A stretch of 50,319 nucleotides of DNA, taken from assembly GCA_964589635.1 (NCBI GenBank), contig CAZPRI010000001.1:1-50319 (forward strand). The letters run 5' to 3'. The first letter of the stretch is position 1. The number at the start of each line of letters is the position of its first letter. Positions 35,610 through 44,413 of the stretch are shown piece by piece. This DNA comes from an uncultured Candidatus Saccharibacteria bacterium (GTDB lineage: Bacteria > Patescibacteriota > Minisyncoccia > Phycocordibacterales > JAACPR01). The notes beneath the pieces are model-generated. The model saw only the letters and a program-made list of their open reading frames with translations, searched no databases and was not told the origin of the DNA. The position numbers were made by a program, and so were the translations under genes.

Positions 35610-35774
35610 TTACATTTCGACAGCTTCTTCTGGAGCAGTTCCTTCCTCTACTGGTGCTTCGGCAGGCGCTTCTTCTGTAGGTGTTGCTTCTGCTGGTGTT
35701 TCAGCAGGAGTTTCCACAGGAGCTTCTGGTACTACACCTTCGTCAGGTGTACCATTTTGCATTTCTGGATCCAT
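35610..35774 (-). CDS. Candidate 54-aa acidic Pro/Glu/Thr/Ala-rich peptide
   Basis: The minus strand reads MDPEMQNGTPDEGVVPEAPVETPAETPAEATPTEEAPAEAPVEEGTAPEEAVEM then TAA (35610-35612), and the terminator follows. It is below the track length cut-off. Competing + strand ORFs start inside the terminator. Confidence 0.4.
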   Translation of the reverse strand: MDPEMQNGTPDEGVVPEAPVETPAETPAEATPTEEAPAEAPVEEGTAPEEAVEM

Positions 35775-35937
35775 AATTTTTTATGTGAATGATAAAAACT
35801 CTAAATAGAGTCATGAAAGAAGTATAACACTTATTGAAAAATACCAAATTATTAATAAACTTTTTATCAACAGTGCCTGTTGACAGGAAAGCTTCTTGAG
35901 TGCAATATTCAAGTGTTTCAATAATTAAAATAAAAAT

Positions 35938-37224
35938 ATGGCTGCAAGACCAAAAGAAAAAAATATTATTTTGTTAGTAGATGTTCCGACTTCACCAGCA
36001 CTTTCTACTTTAGAACAAGTAAAAAAATCTAAAAGAGGGAAGTTTAAGTTTATGCTTCTTTACTCTTCAAAAAAATGGAAAGGTAAGGAAAATAAAAATG
36101 TTTTGGAAAAATTTGATATCGTGAAATCTTGTAATTTTAATTCTCCTAATTCTATTATGGATACGCTTTCTCCGTACAGAGAAGAGTTTTTGTGTGTATA
36201 TACAAGAGCAGAGTCACAGGTAGAAAATTTTCAAAAAATTATTCCTCATGTTCCATACCTAAGAACTCCTACAACCGAATCACTAGAGTGGTCTATCAAT
36301 AAGTACAAAATGAGAAGAAGATTTTATGCATATGACAAGAAAATAACTCCTAAGTTTTTATTAGTAAAAGATCAAAAGAAAACAACAATAAAAGATATTG
36401 AAAAGAAAGTCGGTTTTCCTATGATTATAAAACCTACAGGACTTGCTCAAAGTATTCTGGTTTCCAAGGCTTATCATGAAAAAGAATTACAAGATATTTT
36501 GAAAGTTATTTTCAAGAAATTAGATAAGGCATATAAAGAATCTCTTGGAAGAGGGGAACCATCTGTTTTAGTTGAACAATTTGTAGAGGGTACAATGTAT
36601 TCAATTGATGGATATATTAATTCAAGAGGAAAAGTTTATTTCTGTCCTCCTGTTGTTATTAAGACTGGAAAAGAAATTGGTTTTGATGATTTTTTTGGGT
36701 ATCAACAAATGACTCCAACTCAATTAACAAAAGCAAGTATTAATTTAGCAGAAAAAGTAACTGACAAAGGTGTTAAGGCTCTGGGGCTTAGAAGCACATC
36801 CTTTCATGCCGAGCTCATAAAGAATGACAAAGGCTTTAAAATTGTCGAGATTGGTCCACGAATTGGTGGGTTTAGACATGATCTATATGAAATGAGTTAT
36901 GGAATCAATCACAGAGCAAATGCTGCATTAATTACTATTCCATTGAAACCTGAAATTCCAAAAAGATTAAAAGGGTATTCTGCTGCATTTAAAGTGTTTG
37001 CAAAAAAGGAAGGGGAGATAAAAGGTATTACTGGAATAAAAAAGATTCAGGATTTAAAATCCCTAAAAAGTCTTTCTATAAATAAAAGAATTGGCGACCG
37101 TGCAAGATTTGCAAAGAACGGAGGAAAGAGTGTCTTTAATGTACTTATGCACAATAAAGAAAAATCAAAACTGTTGGCAGATATTAGAAGAATGGAGGAG
37201 ACTATTAAGATAGAAATTAAATAA
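35938..37224 (+). CDS. ATP-grasp family ligase
   Basis: 428 aa with FPMIIKPTGLAQS, VLVEQFVEGTMYSIDGY and SFHAELIKNDKGFKIVEIGPRIGG. Confidence 0.85.
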   Translation: MAARPKEKNIILLVDVPTSPALSTLEQVKKSKRGKFKFMLLYSSKKWKGKENKNVLEKFDIVKSCNFNSPNSIMDTLSPYREEFLCVYTRAESQVENFQKIIPHVPYLRTPTTESLEWSINKYKMRRRFYAYDKKITPKFLLVKDQKKTTIKDIEKKVGFPMIIKPTGLAQSILVSKAYHEKELQDILKVIFKKLDKAYKESLGRGEPSVLVEQFVEGTMYSIDGYINSRGKVYFCPPVVIKTGKEIGFDDFFGYQQMTPTQLTKASINLAEKVTDKGVKALGLRSTSFHAELIKNDKGFKIVEIGPRIGGFRHDLYEMSYGINHRANAALITIPLKPEIPKRLKGYSAAFKVFAKKEGEIKGITGIKKIQDLKSLKSLSINKRIGDRARFAKNGGKSVFNVLMHNKEKSKLLADIRRMEETIKIEIK

Positions 37225-37254
37225 AAAAGCGGCGGCCTTCGGCCGCCGCTTTTA
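37223..37254. terminator. Bidirectional terminator
   Basis: AAAAAAGCGGCGGCC-TTC-GGCCGCCGCTTTT. Confidence 0.85.
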
Positions 37255-37461
37255 TTCTTCAATCTCTTGTTCCTCTACTAATTTTTCTATTTCGAACCCG
37301 TGATATGACAAACACTCAACAAGACTGATTCTAAAGCCCTTGATTACTTGATCAATGGTACCAGAAAATTCATCATGGCTAAACTTTAAATTACCGCAAT
37401 GAATACATTGTTTAAAATTTCCTTTTCCCATATTTTGTACTATTTCAAAGGAGTTTGTCAT
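37252..37461 (-). CDS. Hypothetical 69-aa protein
   Basis: ORF track; CIHCG motif; terminator downstream. Confidence 0.45.
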   Translation of the reverse strand: MTNSFEIVQNMGKGNFKQCIHCGNLKFSHDEFSGTIDQVIKGFRISLVECLSYHGFEIEKLVEEQEIEE

Positions 37462-37481
37462 AATCTTGTTATAATCTTAAT

Positions 37482-37991
37482 ATGAAAAAAAGAGTTATTG
37501 TTACGGATAAAATGCAAAAAAAATATTCTTACTTCCTTACCCAACCAACAGGAAAGAACTTTGATAAAAATTTTAAACCTGAGCTTACACCAAAAGAAAT
37601 GTTAGAGCTTGGAGTTTTCGGTGGCTTATATATGAGAGACTGTGAAAAAGAATTTCCCAAGTCTTGGTTTTCAAAAGCAAAATTATCTACATCAAAAAAA
37701 CATGAAGCTGATAAAAATTATTTCAAAGTAAATGCATCTCAATCTTTAAAAATTTGGAGACATAAAGGGTGGATATATAAGGATGATCCGAGAGGATGGT
37801 TTCAATGGTATTGCAGGTATTACATGGGAAGAAGAATTGAAAAGGAGGACCAAAGACAAATCAAAAGATGGAAGGCGATTAATAGGCATATTACTCAAGT
37901 TGTAAAAAATTGCATACGAGCCGATGAAACATGCAGAAGAAAACAAAGACAGGCGATTCTACATTGGGCATATGACAGTAGGAAATTGTAA
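37482..37991 (+). CDS. Conserved-looking hypothetical protein (Trp/Arg-rich GWFQWYCRYYMGRR motif)
   Basis: 169-aa ORF; terminator follows; family not identified by eye. Confidence 0.6.
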   Translation: MKKRVIVTDKMQKKYSYFLTQPTGKNFDKNFKPELTPKEMLELGVFGGLYMRDCEKEFPKSWFSKAKLSTSKKHEADKNYFKVNASQSLKIWRHKGWIYKDDPRGWFQWYCRYYMGRRIEKEDQRQIKRWKAINRHITQVVKNCIRADETCRRKQRQAILHWAYDSRKL

Positions 37992-37997
37992 ATAAAA

Positions 37998-38025
37998 AAC
38001 CCAAGTAATAATTACTTGGGTTTTT
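37998..38025. terminator. Bidirectional terminator
   Basis: AACCCAAGTAAT-AA-TTACTTGGGTT flanked by A-run and T-run. Confidence 0.75.
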
Positions 38026-38074
38026 CCGACAATTTATCTCTATGAAAGGTAGTCGGACTACCTACAATGTTCAA

Positions 38075-39865
38075 TCATGCTCTCAGAAGTAAGTCAGTAA
38101 CAAGATCTTCATACAAGGAGCATTTTGATAATAAATCATCATGTTTTCCTTTTGCAATAATTCTCCCTTTGTCCATGACTACAATTACGTCTGCGTCTTG
38201 AACAGTAGAAAGTCTATGTGCGATGAATATTCTTGTAGCTCCTGGAGACACGGTATCCAAAGCATTGTGTACAAGCTTTTCTGTCGTTGGATCAACAGCG
38301 CTTGTTGCTTCGTCTACAATCAAAATGTCAGGAACCTTCAACAGGATTCTGGCGATAGCCAATCTCTGTTTTTGACCACCGGAAATCTTGTTTCCATCTT
38401 CTCCAATCTTTTTTCGAAGTCTCGGGATTAGAGATCCAAGTCCTACAGATTTCAAAACATTTTTGAGTTCCTTGTCTGTGACATTTAGTCTCGTACTTTT
38501 CGGAACACCAAAGAGAAGGTTTTCTCTAATGGTTTCCGAAAGTATGAGAGGGGTTTGTTCGATAAATCCTGTGCACTCTCTGTAAGAAGAGTGTTCAATA
38601 TTCATCAAATCAATCCCATCAACCCTTATCGATCCAATTTGCGGATGGTATGCGAGTTGCAAGAGGCTAACTAGAGTCGATTTTCCTGCTCCAGAAGGTC
38701 CTACGATCCCAACCTTTTGGCCTGGCTCTATATCCAGAGAAATCCCGTGCAGTGAATGTTCATCAGAACCTGGGTAGGTAAAGTAAACATTTTCAAAGAC
38801 GACTTTTCCTTTGATTTGATCTACATGAACTGCATTATCTAATTCAGGGACATCTGTTGGAGTGTCGATGATTTGGAAATACTGACTGATGTCTGCCCAT
38901 TGCTCTGACAATCCTCTGAATAGATACTGGGTACTTTGCAATTGTCCAAGTGAATGGTTAGACCACGCAAGAACTGCCGCAAGGGCTCCAATCTCATATT
39001 TTCCAAGATGTATCATGTAAGCACAAATCACTAAAGTAACAGCTCTCCCAATTGCCGACATCCCTGTGCATGGAATAAAATAATTTCCAAGACTTTTAAA
39101 CAGGGTGCTGTGCTGCCTTCTTCTATACACACGGTGACGAAGGTGTTTTTGGCAGAAACGATGATGTTCTCCTGCAATCTGTAATGATCCCATGTGTTGA
39201 ATGAGAGCCTTTCCAGATTTATTAACTACTCTTTTTCTAAAAGCCATAAAGTTTTTCATTGGTTTTGTAAAACGCCTTCCAATTATGACTCCATGAGTGA
39301 CGATGAGGATTGCAAAAAGTAACGCGACCAAACCTGTTTGAGGGTAGAGTACGCACATACTTCCAAGTGCAATCAGTATTCCCATCGACATGGGTAGTAT
39401 TTGATAGAAGAGTGAGCTAAAGAAAGAACGCAATGCATTCTCACCGTCGCTCAGTTTTGTCATGGTAACCAAAGAGTGTTTATTTCTATGTTGACCAATA
39501 CTAAGCTTTTTCATGTGGGAGAGAGATTTTTCTACAATACTGTCTGCTAGCAAACAATCTAGATGTTTTACTTCCCAGTTCCACCGAACTCTGTCTATGA
39601 TGACGCCAACAATGTAGCAGGATCCAAGAAGGATCGGCCACACTGCAAGTTCATCCAGGCTTGCTTTGTTTGCAAAAAGAGTTGTAATCCTTCCAATAAA
39701 AAAAGGAACTACCATAAAGAGGGAATATGTTAGGAAAATCAAAAAGAGATTCACTAGCATTTTCCACTTGAATTCAGAGTAGGTCCGTACAATTCGAAGG
39801 AGCATTTCGCTATTTTTTTGTTTTTTCAATGTTGTTTGGTTGTTGTTCCGTTTTGTATTATACAC
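38075..39865 (-). CDS. ABC exporter, fused permease/ATPase (MsbA/type-1 exporter-like)
   Basis: 596 aa with 6 TM segments, then GPSGAGKST, LSGGQKQRLAIARILL and ILIVDEATSAVD. TGA stop. Confidence 0.92.
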   Translation of the reverse strand: MYNTKRNNNQTTLKKQKNSEMLLRIVRTYSEFKWKMLVNLFLIFLTYSLFMVVPFFIGRITTLFANKASLDELAVWPILLGSCYIVGVIIDRVRWNWEVKHLDCLLADSIVEKSLSHMKKLSIGQHRNKHSLVTMTKLSDGENALRSFFSSLFYQILPMSMGILIALGSMCVLYPQTGLVALLFAILIVTHGVIIGRRFTKPMKNFMAFRKRVVNKSGKALIQHMGSLQIAGEHHRFCQKHLRHRVYRRRQHSTLFKSLGNYFIPCTGMSAIGRAVTLVICAYMIHLGKYEIGALAAVLAWSNHSLGQLQSTQYLFRGLSEQWADISQYFQIIDTPTDVPELDNAVHVDQIKGKVVFENVYFTYPGSDEHSLHGISLDIEPGQKVGIVGPSGAGKSTLVSLLQLAYHPQIGSIRVDGIDLMNIEHSSYRECTGFIEQTPLILSETIRENLLFGVPKSTRLNVTDKELKNVLKSVGLGSLIPRLRKKIGEDGNKISGGQKQRLAIARILLKVPDILIVDEATSAVDPTTEKLVHNALDTVSPGATRIFIAHRLSTVQDADVIVVMDKGRIIAKGKHDDLLSKCSLYEDLVTDLLLRA

Positions 39866-39925
39866 TATTTATATGCTTTGTCAAACATAAAAGGCTTGTT
39901 TTAATTGGTATAATTGATGTATTAA

Positions 39926-40813
39926 ATGAAATTCAATAAACTAACAGAAGAGGAAAGTAGGGTCATAAACGAGAAGGGAACAGAAGCCCCTTTTTCTGGT
40001 GAATACGACAAGACCACAAAAGAGGGTATTTATCTTTGTCGAAAATGCGATGCTCCTTTATATAGAAGCGAATCAAAATTTGATTCGGGTTGTGGGTGGC
40101 CAGCCTTTGATGATGAAATCTTTGGTGCTGTGAAAAGACAAATTGATAAGGATGGAATGAGAAATGAAATTGTTTGTAGAAGATGTCTTGGTCATCTAGG
40201 TCATGTATTTGAAGGTGAAAAACTAACAGATAAAAATATTCGTCACTGCGTTAATTCTGTATCAATGAAATTAGTAGGAGAAGACGAGATTCCAAATTTA
40301 GAAACTATTTATCTTGGAGGTGGGTGTTTCTGGTGTCTAGAAGCAGTTTTTAAATTATTAAAGGGTATTACATCAGTTGACTCAGGGTATTCAGGCGGAG
40401 AAAAAGAAAATCCAACATATGACGAGGTTTGTTCTGGTCTGACAGGGCACGCAGAAATTGTTGAAATAAATTTTAACCCAAAGAAAATTTCTCTAGAAAA
40501 AATCTTAGAAGTATTTTTTGATTCGCATGACCCTACAACATTAAATAAGCAGGGTAATGATGCTGGGACTCAGTATAGATCTATAATTTTTTACACAAGT
40601 GAAAGACAGAAAGATATTGTAGAAAATTACTTAGATAGAATTAAAGATAAGTATGAAGACAAAATCGTTACAGAAATCGTCTCATTAGAAAAATTTTATA
40701 AAGCAGAAGAGTATCATCAGGATTACTTTGAGAAAAATCCTAGTCAAAGGTATTGTCAGTTAGTTGTTGTACCAAAGGTAAAAAAGATACAGAATATCTT
40801 GAATAGAGAATAA
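39926..40813 (+). CDS. msrAB: Bifunctional methionine sulfoxide reductase MsrB-MsrA fusion
   Basis: N-terminal half CRKCDAPL...GCGWPAF...RHCVNS (MsrB); C-terminal half GGGCFWCLEAVF (MsrA). Confidence 0.92.
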   Translation: MKFNKLTEEESRVINEKGTEAPFSGEYDKTTKEGIYLCRKCDAPLYRSESKFDSGCGWPAFDDEIFGAVKRQIDKDGMRNEIVCRRCLGHLGHVFEGEKLTDKNIRHCVNSVSMKLVGEDEIPNLETIYLGGGCFWCLEAVFKLLKGITSVDSGYSGGEKENPTYDEVCSGLTGHAEIVEINFNPKKISLEKILEVFFDSHDPTTLNKQGNDAGTQYRSIIFYTSERQKDIVENYLDRIKDKYEDKIVTEIVSLEKFYKAEEYHQDYFEKNPSQRYCQLVVVPKVKKIQNILNRE

Positions 40814-40817
40814 AAAA

Positions 40818-40840
40818 GGCCCCAAGCTTCGCTTGGGGCC
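40818..40840. terminator. GC-clamp hairpin between convergent genes
   Basis: GGCCCCAAGC-TTC-GCTTGGGGCC; the T-run is on the minus strand only. Confidence 0.65.
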
Positions 40841-40844
40841 GTGT

Positions 40845-41336
40845 TCAAAATCCTGTGATCACACCTTGTGTTGTTGCATAAACACAAGCTCTAAATATTG
40901 CCCAGTCTCTCTTCAACTCCTCAAACCTTTGATAAATTCTTCTGATGTCCTTATATTGGACGTCACTATTGTCTGGTGAGTTTTTTGTGATTCTGATATG
41001 CAAACCATCTACATAGAGACGGAGTGTTATTTCTTCATCTTTAAGAGAGATGAAGGGGATTAGTTGACTAGAAGCTGAATTCTCTTGAAAAGCTTTTGCC
41101 ACTGATTCTGATATATCAAGGAGTGACATTCGCACTTCATTGTCGTTTTGCATTTGTTCAGCAGTTCTACCACGTTTACCTGGTATAAGTTCATTCTGTA
41201 ACCAGCGTCGCAACAGTCCCATATCTTTTTTTTCTGAAATTGTTGCGATTTCATCTCTACTTTCTGCATTGAGATGTTCGACGACTTCTCCGATTAAATT
41301 CCTCAACTTTTTTACACTAAAAGTAACTTCCTTCAT
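40845..41336 (-). CDS. Hypothetical 163-aa protein
   Basis: ORF track; no recognisable domain; somewhat GC-elevated. Confidence 0.5.
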   Translation of the reverse strand: MKEVTFSVKKLRNLIGEVVEHLNAESRDEIATISEKKDMGLLRRWLQNELIPGKRGRTAEQMQNDNEVRMSLLDISESVAKAFQENSASSQLIPFISLKDEEITLRLYVDGLHIRITKNSPDNSDVQYKDIRRIYQRFEELKRDWAIFRACVYATTQGVITGF

Positions 41337-41392
41337 TTTGTTATGTTTGGTTCCATCATCTTTATATCATTTTTTGACTAAAAGTATATACG

Positions 41393-41809
41393 TTATATCT
41401 TGTCTAGCTCGAAAATTAAACAGTTCAAAATTGCGACAGTGTTAGCACCAAAACCTGCAGGGCTTATTGTAAGAGCATAATCATCACAATTCATTAAAAT
41501 ACCTTGATATGTAGAACCATCTTTAGAAAGACTCTTCTCTATAACGAGTTCATCAACCCAGCTAGATAAATATCCTCTGTATGTAACACCATCTGGTTCG
41601 TAGTAGGGGTATCTTTCATTTATTACTTTAACTGTAAAATCTTCTATTGTTGAATATTTAATTACCTCTTCTTCGGTTTCATTATTTTCTTTGGTAATTC
41701 CTTGTTCTTGTTTTTCGTAAACCCTAACTGTCTTTTTTTGATTATAAAAAGCATAGGCTCCATAGCCAAGTAATATTAATAAAAATATCATTATCACGTT
41801 TTTGTACAT
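41393..41809 (-). CDS. Hypothetical N-terminally anchored/secreted 138-aa protein
   Basis: N-terminal TM VIMIFLLILLGYGAYAF. Confidence 0.55.
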   Translation of the reverse strand: MYKNVIMIFLLILLGYGAYAFYNQKKTVRVYEKQEQGITKENNETEEEVIKYSTIEDFTVKVINERYPYYEPDGVTYRGYLSSWVDELVIEKSLSKDGSTYQGILMNCDDYALTISPAGFGANTVAILNCLIFELDKI

Positions 41810-41828
41810 ACATAATTTATACCATTTT

Positions 41829-42092
41829 TTAGAAAATATTTTCTACTATAATTTTGACATCTTCCAGTGACTTTGTGTAAATGTATAAGTCTTGAACAGC
41901 ACCATTTCCTCGTACTGCAATTTTTAGTCCACTTGCTGTCTCTGTAACCTTCAAACTCTTCTGACCACTTTTATTTTTCGTATTTTTTATTATTCCAGTA
42001 CTTATTTTGTCTACGCATTGTAATTTACTCAAAGTATTTATCACTTCTTTTGCAGTTTCTGTTGTTGTGGTATGGGTCCGAGTTAATTTCAT
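41829..42092 (-). CDS. Hypothetical 87-aa protein
   Basis: ORF track; tightly spaced with the gene downstream. Confidence 0.5.
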   Translation of the reverse strand: MKLTRTHTTTTETAKEVINTLSKLQCVDKISTGIIKNTKNKSGQKSLKVTETASGLKIAVRGNGAVQDLYIYTKSLEDVKIIVENIF

Positions 42093-42179
42093 TACATGTA
42101 AGTTACGTCATTATCTTGTCTCATGCAAATAATAAAAAGGGTAGTATACTTATAATATTAGTGTTTAACGTTAGAAAAT

Positions 42180-42371
42180 ATGAAATTATTTAGACTGTAT
42201 ACTTTTAGCTGGAAGCAAATCGCCTTATTTAAAATCTATCTTCTTTCTCTTGGACTTTGTATTGGTTCATATTGGGCAGATTTTTTTCAAAGTATTCAAA
42301 CCATTTTAATTGTAATTATAATTATTCTAGCTTTGTATTTTATACGTCTGCTTATTAAAGGTAATATCTAG
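42180..42371 (+). CDS. Small two-TM membrane protein
   Basis: 63-aa hydrophobic ORF. Confidence 0.4.
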   Translation: MKLFRLYTFSWKQIALFKIYLLSLGLCIGSYWADFFQSIQTILIVIIIILALYFIRLLIKGNI

Positions 42372-42378
42372 TCTGTAT

Positions 42379-42570
42379 ATGAAGGATGGATTTATAACAT
42401 TAGTAGGGATTTTGATTGCGATTGCTATTATAGGAATTATGTTTGTGAAGATGAATACTGGACCCGAAGGGTCTAGTTCAGAAAAGGGTACATATACGGA
42501 TGCAATAGATTCAGCAAAAGAAGCGAAGGATCTGTTAGAAAAAAATAACCAAAATAATTTTACGTACTAA
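42379..42570 (+). CDS. Short type IV pilin-like (prepilin-type N-terminus) protein
   Basis: MKDGFITLVGILIAIAIIGIMF resembles the G/F-x-x-L-I-E hydrophobic pilin N-terminus but has Gly where Glu5 is expected. Confidence 0.5.
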   Translation: MKDGFITLVGILIAIAIIGIMFVKMNTGPEGSSSEKGTYTDAIDSAKEAKDLLEKNNQNNFTY

Positions 42571-43015
42571 GTATTTTTTCTATACGATCAAATTCTTTTT
42601 TCTCAACAGATGTAACGGAAAGGCGATTTCCTTTTTGAGCGATTTTCATTCTTCCTAGAAGCGTGTCTTTTTTGATTTCATATAAAGGTAGAACCCTTTT
42701 ATATTTTTTAACAAACTTAATGTCAGGCATAAACCATCGTGGTTTTTCCGGAGTAGATTTTGGGTCGGGGTGCTCACTCTTTGGATCCCATGCTGTGTGG
42801 TCTGGATAAAATTCTTTTGATACTTTCGCTAGACCTACAATTCCAATTTCTTTTGTATTGGAATGATAAAAAAGAACAAGATCGTTTTTTTTCATTTCCA
42901 TAAGAAAATTTCGTGCCTGATAATTACGAACACCGTCCCAAGATGCTGTCCTTTCTCTTTTTAGTTTATCGATTGAAAAACAATCTGGTTCTGATTTCAC
43001 TAACCAATATTTCAT
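42560..43015 (-). CDS. EVE (PUA-like) domain protein
   Basis: MKYWLVKSEPDCFSIDKL...WDGVRNYQARNFLMEMKKNDLVLFYHS is canonical EVE. Confidence 0.88.
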   Translation of the reverse strand: MKYWLVKSEPDCFSIDKLKRERTASWDGVRNYQARNFLMEMKKNDLVLFYHSNTKEIGIVGLAKVSKEFYPDHTAWDPKSEHPDPKSTPEKPRWFMPDIKFVKKYKRVLPLYEIKKDTLLGRMKIAQKGNRLSVTSVEKKEFDRIEKILST

Positions 43016-43027
43016 GGATGTACTATA

Positions 43028-43681
43028 TCATTTTAAGTCTTTAGGGCTTGTTATTCTGGTCCAATTATTTGTCTCAACAATTTTAATATTTATTTCTTCT
43101 GTAAATTTGCTAAATGTTTGAGGTAGCCCAAATTCTCCGTTTGAAATTTCTACCATTTCTTTTTTAAATATTTCAGGTGTGAGAAAGCATGCACCTGTGT
43201 AAATTAAATTATGTGGACTTGTACCATCGAGGTCTTCTATGATTCCAACAAAGTTACCTTCAGAATTTTTTTCCATTTTTGAAACTTTAGATCCAGTTGT
43301 ATCTTTAAAAACTAAAATAGACCAATCATTTCCTTGTAGTTTTTCTAAATCTTCTTTTTTGTATAAATCGTCTCCCATTAAAACAATAAATGAATCATTC
43401 AAAAAATCTCTACATTTCCAAAGAGCGTGAGCTGTTCCAAGCATTTTATCTTGTTGTACATAAATTATCGGAATATTTTTGTAATTTGTTCCAATTTCAT
43501 TTCTTATCATGTCTCCAAAATATCCAACCACAATTATGATCTCGGTTGTATTGTCGGGTATATTTTCTAGTTTATGTTCTATTAAGCTTTTTCCTTCAAA
43601 CCTTAGTAAAGGTTTTGGTGTGTCGATAGTCAATTCTCCCATTCTTGTTCCTTTTCCTGCTGCTAAGATTACAATTTTCAT
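43028..43681 (-). CDS. Sugar-phosphate nucleotidyltransferase
   Basis: MKIVILAAGKGTRMGELTIDTPKPLL signature. The track start at 43744 was trimmed to ATG 43681. Confidence 0.85.
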   Translation of the reverse strand: MKIVILAAGKGTRMGELTIDTPKPLLRFEGKSLIEHKLENIPDNTTEIIIVVGYFGDMIRNEIGTNYKNIPIIYVQQDKMLGTAHALWKCRDFLNDSFIVLMGDDLYKKEDLEKLQGNDWSILVFKDTTGSKVSKMEKNSEGNFVGIIEDLDGTSPHNLIYTGACFLTPEIFKKEMVEISNGEFGLPQTFSKFTEEINIKIVETNNWTRITSPKDLK

Positions 43682-43812
43682 ATTGATCATGATCAATATG
43701 AAAATTAAAATATATATAAAGTCAAAAGAACACTTTTTATCCATAGAAACTACTTGTATTTTGTGGTATATAAACGACTAGAGATATAGATTTGATTTTT
43801 ATATTTTGTATA

Positions 43813-44142
43813 ATGTTACATACGGAAAAATTTGAAAATATAGAATCAGAGATTAATTGGGATGCTAATTTAGAAAGATATAAGGAGAAGATACTAAGCA
43901 GTATGGAAGTTCATGCTGATTCTGATTTTGTAGCAGAAGTCTTTAATCGTATGGAAAAAGATATTGAAGATTTATTCGGTCTTTATTCAAAACAAGGTTA
44001 TTCAATTGATCAAGTCGAGGATGATTTAATGCGAAGATTGGAACAGAGTGTTTCGGAAGGAGATCTTCCTCAAGAACAAGTCTATAGAAATATTTGGAAC
44101 CTTATTCAATCAAGAGAGGTTAAAGTCTTTGATAAGTCATAA
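43813..44142 (+). CDS. Hypothetical acidic helical protein
   Basis: ORF track, start trimmed to ATG 43813. Confidence 0.45.
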   Translation: MLHTEKFENIESEINWDANLERYKEKILSSMEVHADSDFVAEVFNRMEKDIEDLFGLYSKQGYSIDQVEDDLMRRLEQSVSEGDLPQEQVYRNIWNLIQSREVKVFDKS

Positions 44143-44162
44143 TTGGGGTCATACACCCAATT
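44141..44162. repeat. REP-like palindromic unit (variant)
   Basis: AATTGGGGTCATACACCCAATT. Confidence 0.6.
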
Positions 44163-44226
44163 ATTCAAATTTTTGTTTTGTAATTAATCCACAGATTTTC
44201 TAACCAGGGTTCTGTCTATTTTCTAC

Positions 44227-44263
44227 TTGCCCACGGCAACCACTCACGTGTTGCCGCGGGCAA
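44227..44263. repeat. GC-rich 14-bp-stem hairpin, family member 1
   Basis: TTGCCCACGGCAAC-CACTCACGT-GTTGCCGCGGGCAA (13 of 14 pairs). Confidence 0.8.
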
Positions 44264-44413
44264 AATACGTGTGACATCACAAATTTCTTATAATAAGTAA
44301 TATTAAGAAAATAGATACTAAGGAGGAGCTTCAATTACTTAGTTCTGTATCCTCTCTGGGAAAATAAGAATTGTGTTTATGTAAGGGAATTTTTAATATA
44401 TACTATATGTATC

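Noticed and set aside
35580-35808. Plus-strand ORFs 35580-35792 and 35605-35808 (Ser/Gly/Ala/Cys-rich)
   Set aside because: Both start inside or at the bidirectional terminator hairpin, are low-complexity and lack a downstream terminator. The minus-strand 54-aa frame fits the local codon style and is followed by the terminator, though it is also uncertain.
41060-41445. ORFs 41060-41269 (minus strand) and 41140-41445 (plus strand)
   Set aside because: They overlap the longer 163-aa minus-strand ORF and have no independent signals.
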